From: Haplodiscus bocki
Lineage: Eukaryota
Length of the DNA stretch: 64,000 nucleotides
Reading direction: 5' to 3'
Assembly (NCBI GenBank): GCA_965655095.1
Contig: OZ296654.1
Coordinates: 15,934,001-15,998,000 of the forward strand
How positions within the stretch are numbered: the stretch's first letter is position 1; each line of letters starts with the position of its first letter. Below are positions 40,861-53,200 of this stretch, in pieces. Below the pieces are notes generated by a model. The model was not told the DNA's origin and made no database searches. It saw nothing but the letters and a program-made list of their open reading frames with translations. The translations under genes and the position numbers were made by a program.

Positions 40861-41424
40861 TTAATATTTCCCGGGAAATGTGTGGTTTTTTTTCTTGTTT
40901 CTGTTTTTGTGTGTAAAAGGCATTCCGAGCTTTTCAGAGCTTGAAAACAAAATGTGCATCCAAAGGATCGTCCGTGGATTGCCTGTACAATGTTGCCGAG
41001 TCAATTTGTGTGGATGAGCACTGTGTTCCTCGGGTGCTGGCGTTTTGCCAGCCTCAGGAGGCCGACGGTGTGGGAGAGGCCGTGAACAATTCTTGGCTGC
41101 TGGTGGTTCTGCCACCGGGAATGCTACCCCTGCTGGTCATTCTACACTAGTTGTGGCAGAGTGTAAAGTCAGACGCGTCAGCGCACTTCTTCGTAACTCA
41201 GGAGAATTTGAAACATAGAATGTGTAGCTAGTACAAGAGTTATAGCAGTCATTGACTTTATTTCGTGTTTAGTAACTGAGGAGTGTAGTTAATGGAAATA
41301 TAACCAGCAATCTTTTTTTTTTGCATACAAGCATCAAAAGTGAAAGAAGTACTGAAGAGCAAATAAGACGGAAGGATAGTCTGTTAACGCCATAAATTAT
41401 TTAACTGTTTTTTCAGGGAAAAAC

Positions 41425-42520
41425 ATGGGTCGCAGTCTTGGACTTCGATAAAAGTTTTGTTCCATAGACAATCGAAAGGTATTGAAAAAACGTGTTCGAC
41501 TTTGCTCATTACCGGTCGTAAAAAATAAAAAGAACAGTTCTGGCCATACGTCATGAAGGCTGGAAGTGTTTGAATATGAAAAGAGCGAATTGCATCGGTT
41601 CTAGTTGTAATTTTTGCTTATGTTTCTGTAGAAAAAGGTACATGGAAACTCTTTGGGCCAGCAAAAGCATGAATGAAGCAGCCCTGCAGGGTTTAACCAA
41701 CAAAAATATTGGAACTTGGTTGGATGGCAGTAAAGAAAATAGATGGGTCTACTTTGAACTCATGGGAGGCAGTTGCCGAAAGAAAGAAACATTACGGATT
41801 GAACATTTTATTCGGAATGCATGGTCTAGTATTCCTATTATTATTGAAAATCAGCAGTTATTCAAAATGCAGTGGTTTCGTATAAAAAGTGGAATCAAGT
41901 ATTTATGCGTCGCAGTTGTTGCGTCGAACTGAGAGTCAAAACAATCACCGAGTGTATGCTAAAATATCCAGTGGTGATATCGAATTCACTAGTCAGTCCT
42001 CAGCATGGTCCTTGTCAATTGATGGATTAGTTGATTGTAAAATACCCTCCGGGCTACAATTGACTAAATTGGATGCTATCGCTTCATTTTGTCTGTGGTA
42101 TACTGGAGGTCACGTGGAAACAGGAGTCGATGATAGTATCACTCATGTCCCAGTGGGGAAAAAACTAATGATCATTGCTGAACGTGGGTATCACTCTAGA
42201 TTATTAGAAAAACTCCTTCAAAGTACAAAGGCGTTAATTAACTTTCTAGTAAAGGGGCCTTCAACTAATGCTGTTCAGAATAAGGTAAGGTATTATGTGA
42301 CTACTCCACTCATGATTCAACCTGGTTTGTGTGCTCATACGATGATAACGCTCTCCGAGGGGCCAGCTTTGACCGCTGGCTTTGAAGCTAAGCATGTAGA
42401 GGATGACCTGCGACAAAGTTAAGTTCTCATTTATTATTCCCCTGCTATGCGCAAAGAATAAAACATAACTTGCACAATACGTGGAGTGTTTCAAAGTAGA
42501 CGGAAAAAATTGTGGTATGG
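41425..42520 (+). pseudogene. JmjC-like Fe(II)/2-OG dioxygenase #1 with an upstream Cys-rich (CXXC-like) segment
   Basis: YTGGHVETG..SITHVPVGKKLMII (H at 42111, E at 42117, K) and IQPGLCAHTMITL (H at 42336) match the JmjC HxD/E...K...H pattern. Upstream lies KCLNMKRANCIGSSCNFCLCFCRKR. Frameshift near 41885. Confidence 0.75.
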
Positions 42521-43221
42521 GCAAAAAAGTTCGAAAATCACTGCATCAGAGAAGAGCAAAGAATCTCCCGAGAGTACAAAACAAGGCTACACGTATGCAA
42601 AAATTGAAAAAAGTAGTAAGTAGTAAGTTTGTGAGTAGTTTGTCCATAGTGGTGTCAACGTAGTGCTGTTTTTCGCCCTAAATTCGTTAGTACCGGTAAC
42701 AGTATGTTTCAATGTGTTATAACAGGTTGGGAGCAAGCTGTCCTGAATGGAATAAAGAAAAAACGGTTATTAGGCACCGTATCATAATTGCTATCAAGTC
42801 TCAAGAGGCAATCTGAGGAAGTAACTGCTAAATATATGGTTCAAGTAATTCCCCTATTCCGAAAAACGAGCATGAGCGAAGGCGTGCAGCGTTGAGCGAG
42901 AAAAAAAACGCAATATGTTAATGAAAAACAGCGATTTTTGGATTAAAATTGTCATAACTCAGTAGTTTCAATTTTCTCCCCTTTGAAGGGAGGTCATGAT
43001 AGGGATCCTATCCCCCACCAATCAATGGCCAAAAACCAGAGCTACCGAACGTTGGTGGTGGATTTTTGAGTTTCGACCAAAAATTTCGTCGTTTTTTTCC
43101 TTGGATACAAGATATCAAAACTTAGATATCAAAAGGTTAGATAAAACAAGATACTGAGATTAGGAGGCAACAGGTTGCGTCCAACCTGGACCATATTTTC
43201 CCAGTTAGGGTTAGAGCAAGT

Positions 43222-43996
43222 GTGAATGAACCTTTTTCAGATGCAATGAATCTATCCAATATCGACGTTGCGTATCATTTTGAGCACTGGGCACGAATTA
43301 CAGAACGGCTGACTGTTGTTAGTTCAATGAAAAATGTGGGAAAACCATTTGTGATTCCAGGAAGGGTGTGTGTGTTGCTTCCCAGGGCTTCTCCGCTTTT
43401 GATGGAGGAAACTAAGACGGTTTGGGAAGTAAGAGAATGGTTCAACATATAGGATGAACAGCGCATTGAAGGGCCTTCGGCAAGAGCGTGCTACGAGGTA
43501 GATGTGTCTGCAATCGAAAACTATCACCGAATTTTCGAGCCTTTCCATGTGCGTCTTTTTGGCAACGTTGGAATGGTAAATGATCCAGAAAAGGTGACCA
43601 TCATGGAAGGAAACTGGTTTCAAGTACCATTTCCCACCTGGGGTCTTTTGTTTGTTTTTTATTTGTTTGTTTTTTAATACTTTGGCTGGAGAAAACGCAT
43701 GCCGTTTGTGGTTTGTTTGGAAAAGTATCGCGCAGGGAAAGATAGCGTGTCGAACAGTCGCAACAGAAAATGACGGTTTGTTGTTGAATGGCTGGGGGTC
43801 CGGCAAAGTATGGACAACTCAAAAAGTGTCTGGGGACACGACTTTCATTCCTCCTACGTGTGCCTTCTTTTCTGGGACCAACCTGGATGCTGCTTCTAGC
43901 TCGCTAAATTTCAGTTCCAGTAGGAGGAGTAAGAATGAAAAAAATATATTTTCAATTGTCAAAGAATGGCTGGTTTTCTGGTACTTTGTTTCCTGA
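43222..43996 (+). pseudogene. JmjC-like domain #2 (decayed)
   Basis: TGFKYHFPPG..FNTLAGENACRLWFVW ... TTQKVSGDTTFIPPTCA resembles JmjC 'G+..H.D...N....G.K.W' and 'Q.PGD.+FIP'. The metal ligands are partly lost. Confidence 0.55.
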
Positions 43997-44439
43997 TATT
44001 TTTGTCGAGTTTCTACTGTTGAGAAAAGGAGACACCGGCATGCGAGATATTGCCCGATAAATGAGTAATTGTGCGAATGGAATTGCGCAAAGTTTCAAGC
44101 ATTTCCACTAAGTGTCTGGAGTGAGAGAATGTGTTCAGTTATGCACTGGAGAAAAAAGATCATCCGGATATTGCTTGAAAAAACGCATCCTGCCTTCCTC
44201 AAAGGCGAAAAAAGACGAAGGAAAAAACTATAATGGAGAGGGCAGAACAGATGCTCAAAACAATATGGACGCATCCCAAAAATATTTCGTCTCGAAGATA
44301 TATACATATTTACTTTCAGAAAAGATTTTTTTCCAGAAAAAAAATAGTGTGTGAAGAGTTTTATTAAAGTATTGCAAAAAGAAAAATAATGTCCAAAATA
44401 CTTGATCAGTGTGTGTGTCAGCATTTAAATCAAGTTTAA

Positions 44440-44565
44440 TGCCAAGCGAATGAATATAAGGCGAAGGTGTTCTCTTTTTTACAACATGTGACAAAGGCAT
44501 GCACCTTGTTTGTCTTTGCATTAAGAAAGTTGCAGGCAATCAAGTAGTTCCATGCTGGTGTACTT
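44440..44565 (+). pseudogene. PHD-finger-like remnant
   Basis: E*I*GEGVLFFTTCDKGMHLVCLCIKKVAGNQVVPCWC contains a CDKG.H..CL core; stops fall where the first cysteines are expected. Confidence 0.55.
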
Positions 44566-45156
44566 GGGACAACTTTTTCCTGACGCTATACCGAATGTCC
44601 AAAGTTCCAACGTCTGAATTTCAAGATTAGGGGAGGGAATCAAAACGTTCCATGGATGCTCAAAAGGTGGACTTTCCCAAATACTTCAAATATGTAGTGA
44701 TTATGGGAACAACGCCAGAAAAAGAGATGCATTTCAAAACTGAAGTTCAAAAGTACTGTTACTAGAGCTTTTTACAAGGTGTCAAAGGGAAACTATTAAC
44801 GCTTCAATAAAAAACCACTAATGCTAAACCTGATGTATGCTAGGAAAGAGCAAAAATAAGTTTGACAAAAAGAAATCTGCTGTAGTTGCTATGTATAGGT
44901 TTCGTGTTCGAGAACTGATTAAACCTGTTCTGCAAAGGTATCTGGTAAAAAAATACATATAAGTGCTCTATATTCTATGTTCTTTATGATGTTACTTGCG
45001 GAAATCTGATAATATGATTGAAAGTATAGACAAAATTCTTCAAAAAAATGCATCTTAAGACATAAGGAATTGTCTCAAAAGGTCTAGTTCAAAATAGTAC
45101 GTGTCCATCGTCAATGATGAAATGTGCATAATTTAAACAAACAGGCCCTCTTAATT

Positions 45157-45789
45157 CTAGCAGTATTGTTTTGGTCCAAAGTCTTCCATCCATTTGACAA
45201 GGTCAGACGCAGTGTCATCAGATGTGGAATGAATCGTCGCCACGTCCAAGAGGGAGTTCCATTCAGGGGTCGCAGGATGCACGTAAACATCCTCAAGGAG
45301 CAAACGAGCATCTCTCCAGAAACGGACCGTTACCTCCAGGGGTCGGTCAAAAAACGCATTCCGAATAGATTCAATAAAATCCCTGCCGTGGATGTCACAA
45401 GAAAGATTGTCAATAGCAAATAGCCAGAAAAGCCCGGTCATTTCTACCTCTGTAAGTTGGGTTTCCGCTAAAATAGTTATAGGGAGTCCTCTTGTAAAAT
45501 CCCGACATCAGCTGCGCCCTCTCGGGCCAAGCCTCTCCATCCAATTGACCAAGTCTAAGACATCTCGATTATACGGGATATGATACTCCGCATAAGCAAT
45601 CAGCAAACTCCACTCGTCCGCGTTAGGACAAAGGTACAAATCATCAAAAATCAGGGTATCCCTTTCCCAATAGCTGATGTGATGATCAGCTGTGGATCTT
45701 GAAAGGGATTCCAAATTTCATGTACTCTCACATAGTCGAAAAAGTCAAAGTGTATCCGGGCGAACCATTGCCCACATCAACTTGTCCAT
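45157..45789 (-). pseudogene. Accessory ORF with paralog units 2 and 3 (frameshifts, one TGA between units)
   Basis: YWERDTLIFDDLYLCPNADEWSLLIAYA..DLVNWMERLGPR versus FWRDARLLLEDVYVHPATPEWNSLLDVA..DLVKWMEDFGPK. Confidence 0.65.
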
Positions 45790-46007
45790 GAGGATGGAGG
45801 TACTATCGCTTAGTCGAAATATCACAAGCAGATGTACTGCAGATTGAAAGTTGGAAAGGTGAGTTTTTAATATATTTAAAGGGTGGATAATTTGTGTCTA
45901 ATAATGTGCTGGTCGTTATCTTGATTGATAGACCGAATAAATAGGTCACATGTCCTTTCACAAGACTTTGAAGAACAAATTACGCCTCTTTGACTGCTCC
46001 ATTTCGA

Positions 46008-46283
46008 TTAGCCATTGTCTAAAGCAATCGAGATATTGGTTATCAGCATATTGACTTGGTTATCAGCATATTGACTCGCTGATTGGATCAATGCACTCCA
46101 TTCGAAAGAGTGTGGTTCGATCTCCATTATCCCATGTGTCAATATATTATGCTTACAACGCTCAGTGTGCACAGTCAAACATGGAGGCTGCAAGAAGGCT
46201 CCATCGATCACCTTGATTGTAATGCCATCGAAAATCCCACACGTTAAAATGCGATGATCATATGTCCCATAGAGGTCATTCAT
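46008..46283 (-). CDS. Small accessory ORF (91 aa), paralog unit 1
   Basis: Intact ATG-to-stop ORF; shares the P..xEWxxL+..A motif with units 2 and 3. Confidence 0.55.
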   Translation of the reverse strand: MNDLYGTYDHRILTCGIFDGITIKVIDGAFLQPPCLTVHTERCKHNILTHGIMEIEPHSFEWSALIQSASQYADNQVNMLITNISIALDNG

Positions 46284-46699
46284 ATTTGCGGCTAACTTTT
46301 AGAATTGTTCAAATGGAAATGCGGAGTAAGCAATGACTTGAGTAACAGCTGATAAGAAGTTGTTTACTGATGTGTCAGGTTCAGGGCTCAGTGAGATTAA
46401 ATATTGAGCAAAGTTAGATTTGATTGACAGCTGAAAAAAGTATTTGCTAACAAGTCAAGGCATCGCACTAGGTATGCAAATGAGTGAGCTTCGGACAGTG
46501 TCAAAATTCGATAGGCGGTAAAATCTAAAAACGTTGTTCAGGATTAAAAGATCTCAGCTCGCTGACGCGGTCGTTTCGGTCAATTTTAGGAGGCGTTTGC
46601 AGCATTCCTTCTAGTGCCAATTTTCCTGCGGTAGCCATATAAAAAACTTTCTTGCGTTTTTCTTCATCATTCGAATACTCTTCCGCGGGAAGAGCATTA

Positions 46700-47170
46700 T
46701 CAAGGTTAGAATTCCACTTCGCCTTTTGCAAAAAGATGTTGACCCGAATATCAGTATTGGCAAACAATCGTAGAATTATATTCGAAACTCGTGTCCATTC
46801 CAATTTATCAAGTCCACGCACAATTTGTGGTAAATTAATTTCTCTGAAGTTGTGAATCAACTGATGACTTTTCGCGCGAGAGAGATTTCTTTGTAGGTTA
46901 TAATCAGTTAGTTTGTCGTTACATTTGTTTTCCTGACCAAATTAAAAACAAAGTTTCCATTTTTCGCGAAAAATGTGCAATTGAAGATCCGGCTTTTATA
47001 TTTTTGTGTAAGTTGCGCAATTCTGGAAAGAATCGTACAAATTGTGGTGCAATCCCAGCTGACATTGCCAAATCAGATGAGACACAGTGTCCAAAATTTG
47101 CGTTTTGGTCTCGAAGTAAGTCGCCCTGCATGATTCGAACATTTTCAAGAAGGTCGACACTTTCAATCGA
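46700..47170 (-). pseudogene. TARG1/OARD1-type macrodomain (frameshifted)
   Basis: IMQGDLL..FGHCVSSDLAMSAGIAPQF / FVFNLVRK / INLPQIVRGLDKLEWTRVSNIILRLFANTDIRV parallels TARG1 GDLF..LAHCIS.D..MGAGIA..F / YLITK / MPRIGCGLDRLQW..V. Confidence 0.85.
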
Positions 47171-47249
47171 AGTACCGCACATATTCAGTCGAAAACTAGC
47201 TAAATAAATATCGTTTGACGGAGGAGGTTGTCCTCGGTTAGAACGTTCA

Positions 47250-50200
47250 GGATAACGTTTTTTCAAAAATGGACTTTTCCGGTGTTTCATTCACTGCTGG
47301 TACAGTTTTCCAGGCTGTGGAATTTGTCTGATTTTTTTCTGCTGTACTCACTAAAACTTTTCGTTTTTCATCTTTAGATAAAGGTGACTGTAAATCTTGT
47401 TCGTTCAAGAAGTCATAGTAACCACATTCTGTCAATGCTTTTCTGGTGGGAATCTCCCTGAAGTGGTCATAATTGTCGAATCTAAGTCTCTGCCTTGGCG
47501 GAGTTTTTGTCAGTGAACTAGTCGGAAGGATAGGAACACGCGATCGTTTCGTCGTAATCCCCAGACCAATAGGATTCTTGGTCGGCACCATAGCCCCTTC
47601 TTCATTTTCTGCAGGATTGTTTCGCTCAGTCGTCGTAAAAAACAGAGCTTGTAGTGTGTACCTGGATCGGGTCGGTTAGTGAATTAGTTTCAGGAAAGGT
47701 TTCGTCGTCCGATCGCGCGGTATTCGCTGATCCGGGAAAGGGTGGTGGTGGAAACGGGGGTACCGTGTCTGTCCCTCCAATAACTGCAGCTGGCTCTGCA
47801 ATTCCAGCAGGTGCTGGGTGTTCTGTCGTTGCTCGTGTAGTTATAACACCACGTATCGTATGGTGCAGTTCGTCCGTTTGGTTAGTTTTGGTCATCGGAA
47901 TGTCAGGAAAATCAATTATGTCATTATTGACGAAATTTTCGAGCGCCTCGTCAAAAAGGTCGTGTTCGGAACGATATTTAACCAAGGATGGGTCAGGTTT
48001 GAAGTTTTGCGGCGTAATAGTGATGTCTTCCACTTCCTATTTAGGCACTATCGGTCACAATTGTATCCGATGCACACACTGGGTGTACGGCGTACCGAGT
48101 TTTCCAACCAAGTAGTTGGATTTAGTACGAACTTTTTCAACCTCGTAGAATGAAAGCCACGATGTTGAAGATTCAGCTGCAAAATCACTTTGTGTCAGTA
48201 ACGAAGGATTCAACAGTAAACAAAACTGTTTTCGGACTAAGGGCTTTGCTTCTGTGGGTTCGATATTTGTGGTAGGCGTCTAAAAAGCGCGAATCAGTGT
48301 TTGAAAAATGTTCCAGCAATGAATCTTGTAAATCAACAAAAAAATCTGATGTAAATTCCTTTTGAGCCAATGTATGACTTCTAAATTTCAAATCGATCGG
48401 TTTAGTTGGTTCCCTTTCATGGAATAATGAACTAAGCGTGCATCCAATGGATGAGTGATACGAACTATTATGTAAAAAAGTTGCTATGTCAACATATTTA
48501 TACGTCGTCCATTTTTCATCAGTATGAAGTTTCAAAAATCGCTTCAGTGAAGAATGAGCTCTTTCAACATACCCAATTCTTTGCGGATGCTTCAAAGAAG
48601 CATGTTCCAACTTAATTTCTAATAAATCAGTCACTTCATGTAACAGCTTTGCGACAGAACTTGTTCCTAAATCTGACAAAATAGCCGTAGGAATATAACT
48701 ATGTTGAAAGAAGAGAAACTAGTGCCTTTGCTATTGTTCCAGCATGTGCTGACGTTGAGTGTACTGCAAAAAAGTATTTGGAAAATACATCTACGCCAGA
48801 AAAAACGTATTCGTAAATGGGTGATTGAAACGGCCCCTCTAAATCAATTTGCATCACATCACCAGGGAAGAGTCGTTATGGAACAGATGATATGGGTTGC
48901 AAAGGTGAGTTGCAAACTGTCTTTTCGAAACTCCTTTCAGTGTTGAACATGACAGACAGTTTTTAATGTAGTCAATGAGGAACTCTGTGAATCCTTGAAT
49001 GTAAATTTTTTGATGAAGCTCTTTTGCTGTTCGAACAATTCCAAGATGTCCTCCCGTTGGTGAGTTATGTTTTCTACAAATTACTTCCTTTCTAAGGTGC
49101 TTCATATTTGGTAATGTGAAATTTTCCCAACGTCATCAAAAAAATCGACGGACCAAAAAACTTTTTGCATTTGTAGGCGCTTCAGGTGTTTACAATATTT
49201 TCTCAATTCAAAGGGCGCATATGTAAGATCATCATTGCATTCGTTTTCAACGCATTTAATTACTTTTGGTAACACAGGATCTTTTTAGGCGAGCGGAGCG
49301 AAGCCTTTTTGCACAAGGACAGGTAAAAAATATTTCGTTTTTCCCCGTCCGTGACATCCCTCTGCGTTTCAACTCTTCAAACCTAATTTTCTCCGCACCC
49401 ATCGGTCAGATTCATCCGAGTTTTGTACAAACACTACGACGGGTTCACGGTCTATCATATTCCAAACTTTCGACCGCCGAAAAATTTTTTTCGGCGAGTT
49501 ATCATATTAGCGATAAAAAATTCCAATTTTCGGATTTTCTAGTGGGCTAAAGTTAGATTTTTGAGTCCTGTATTTACAGCAAGCTTAGAAATGCTACTAT
49601 TTTAGCATTAGTCCATGGAACACTGTTCAGTTGAGCAGGGTGTTGTGATGGTTTTTGCCAAAAAAAATTTTCTGGGCCAGTTTTCGTCAAAAGCTGAAAT
49701 TTTTGACTTTTTTCGAAACATGTTACATTCCCCATTGCTCACTGCTTTTCTCAACTTCTACGCTCTTCTTCTACACGTGCATTTAGAGGATCCATTGGCT
49801 TATTGCTTAGCCGCATTGGCAACGTTGTAATTGACCGGGGCTGAAACTTTCGGGAGCCGAAAATTTCCCGTCGGCGAGTTCTTGGCGAAAATAATTGAAA
49901 ACCCAGAAATTTTCAGGGGGCAAGTGTTACTTTTTCACAAATCTCCGCCTCAATATCCGTTGAATGGCAACTCAGTATTGGTTAGGTGATGGAATATGAA
50001 GAGTTAGTTGCATTCATTCTTTAGCTGATAATTTTCTTATTTTCTTAATTTTCGACCCAACACTTCTGAATAAAAAATTGACTTCTGCAAAAAAATTTGC
50101 ATTATCTACAGTTTAACATGCATCAAAGTGATGCGTATCACTAGAATTGAGGAAAAATTTGAGCATTATGTATAGCAATGAATTTTATTGCAAGTTTTCA

Positions 50201-53200
50201 CTGTGAGCGAAGTTTTCATTGGATTTATCGCCAAAAGTTGTCGAAAAATAGATTTCCTTAACCTTCGTCGACTCTTCCAAAAACTTATTATCCGGTTGCA
50301 CAAAAAATGTTATCTGGGCTTGGCAATGCAGTCGAGAGCTTTTCAGGGTACGCTCGGTCGTAGATAGGTGGTCTGGCCAAGTTACTCTCTGGTTGTTTAG
50401 CAATTTCTTTCAAATGTTTTTGCCCTTTGCCATAAGTTACTAGGACTGTCATAGCCTGAAAAACTGACTCATGAGTGTGTCTCCTAATAACTCTCAGCAT
50501 CTCCTCATTGTTCATTAGACCTTCGGGTGGGGCGAAAATACTTTTGGTCCAGTTTTCTGAGAAAAGTTATCGAGAACACATGGCTTTTTGAGATGAATTT
50601 TTGTTATCAGATTCGTATCTCTTTACTTAACTCCCTAGTTGTCAACTTCTGGAACCTTGCTGCTCCGAGACGGCATTTGCAAAATATCGCCTGGCTTTCG
50701 CTGACTTTTGAGACGACAATTTTTTCCTGCTAAATTTTGTTTAAAGTTAGGATAGTTACCTTAAACCTCCGCTGTTATTTCTGTTGGTTGTTGTCTGACT
50801 AATCTCTCCGGATTTCGCTACATGCCCTATTGCATTGCATAAACATGAGGCCAGCGTTGTAGTCAAGAGGTTGGTTAATTTCGCGAACCTTGCGCTAAGC
50901 ACCTTAGCGCCTATGTTTTCAGTTCATTTTCGATATCTAATGCTTTTGCATTTGAATTATATACTTCAAAATAGTTCATTGGGTATTTTTCTTGAATTGA
51001 ACTTATTTCAGTTGCTGTTTTGATGGCGTAAAGTGCGGGTTTTTGATCAACTGATGCTGATTGTAATAGTTCGTTCAAATTTGGTATCAAATTCTGCAAA
51101 GCATCATTATATTGAATTTTTTTCAATTAGTTCTTTAGGTACAGCGGGTTTCCTTTCAATTTCTTCAACTGATTCTATTGTCAGCATGGATGCATCAGGT
51201 GGTTTTGCTTTCATAAGAATTTCTATTTGCTTCATGGGAATCGAATCGCCTTATTGAAGTTCTAAACTCTCATTAGCATCTGTTTGCATTCTTGACAAAA
51301 AAAAGTCTGCAGCAGCGTTCGCTTTCCCCGGAATGTGTGCTTAGACTACGTTATACGCGATTACTCTATCCATAAAATTCCAAAGTGATGGATGAAGCAA
51401 TTTTGGTAGGGAAAAAATAGTTGGGCTTTTGTCAGTCAAAACTATCACTGGTTTTTCTGCACCCCAAATGAGGTGTGAAAAATTTTCTTACGCAAAGCAT
51501 CGTGGCAAGGACTCTTTACAGTACGTTGACATTTTCAACTGGTTAGTATTGAATAATTGTGAACCAAATGAAACTGGTGCATAAGCTTGTTTTTTTCTTT
51601 CCCTCTTTTACTACTAGGTGACTATCATGAGAACAAAACCACTACTGTAGTAACTAGCATCGCATAAAATAACGTATTGTTGTCCTGGTTTTGCTAGGCG
51701 CAGTCGTTTTGGTTTCTTGTAACATGTCGCTTTTTATGAGCTCAACGCTTTTCAAAGGCTCGTCTTGTAATTCAAACTCAACATTTTTGCGTGATAATTT
51801 GTACCGTGGCATTAAGTTTAGTGATAAGTTTGGTAAAAACGAACGCAAATATAAGACAAATCCCCCAATCGTTTCACTTGTCGGATTGTTGCTGGTAGTT
51901 TCATTGTTTTCAGAAACTTTTCTATCCATCTGTTTCAGGTTTTAGCCCTTGAGGTGTTATTGTATTGCCAACAAAATTGATTCAGATCATTCCAAAGCCA
52001 CAATTAAGTGGTGTCAATCGTAATCCTGATTATCTCAAACAGCCAAATAATTGTCGAAGAGTTGGAATCATTTGTTCAAATGTTTCACTCCGCATCCGAT
52101 ATCATCCATTAAGTGTGTACACAAATTAGCTGCAAGACAAGAGTCAAGATAAGATCTTACAAATGAGCTAAATCCTGTCACTGATTTGTTTAATCCCTGT
52201 GCTAATCTCGTGTAGGCGTACGTTGGAGAAGAGAAGTTGAATGATAAGAGTTGGACTGGCAAAGGGTCAGTCATTTGTACACAATGATTATGAGCAATCA
52301 AGCATTGTAAATAATGTCTTTCCCGCTAAGTGAGGAACGGTATCTGTCATTTTCGATATCGAGAAGTTGTTATCGCTGTAATCGATTCTAAGTAGGTGGT
52401 CCAGGTGTCTCAATTTGATCAAAATTCTCAACCTCCCCGATGGCTTTCTTTGTGCAAATATTGGGCTACTAGTTTTCTTAGAGTTCGGTAAAAGTGTGTC
52501 TATGCCAAAAAATTGCATTAAGGCCACTTCGACTGAAATTTCATCTCTCAAATGGCGTTGGTGTTGGCGGAGTTTGAACATTTAAAGGTAAATTATGGGA
52601 CGGTGTTAATTTTACTTTCAATTCGGTATTATAACCAACATCAAAGCGATGTTTAGCAAAAATGTTATAACATTCCAGCAGAAGATTTTGCATTTGTGAA
52701 ATCTGCTCTGGAATTAGTGATGAGTTCGACCAATCAAACTGTATCGAGAAGGTTTCTTTATCGTTTTCATTAGATTGTGGGTGTAATGAATCACGTTGTG
52801 GTATTTCAGAAATATTGTCAAAAATTTTCTTCTGAAGTGGAGGTAGATTTTCCGGATTCTAACATGTTTCTGGCGTAGGGAACCAAAGTTTGTCACATTT
52901 AGGCGGTGGACGTTTTGGTTGTCGAATTCCTCTGTTATTTCTAAACGCATAAGTTGATTCATTCGATTCAAAATTTCACGATTTTTCATTTTGTTAAGTG
53001 CTAGTAATTCTGGTCCAATTTCTATCAATTCTTCTTCCTCTTGTGGGGAGAGAAATTGGAAAACTACTACTTGTTTGTTTTTCGGGAATGTTATGGAATG
53101 ATCGTTTAAATTGAGAGCTAATATAGTAACAACTGATGAAGACAGTCTCAACTCCGTACTATTTTTGTAATTTTCAAGTGGAATTATCATTCCTGTGTGT

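Noticed and set aside
47654-48115. 153-aa plus-strand ORF
   Set aside because: Antisense shadow of the Pro/Thr-rich integrase tail, with no independent motif.
50185-50515. Coding capacity in the family B element
   Set aside because: Reading frames differ between the two copies (compare 57269-57539), and there are no Rep or helicase motifs.
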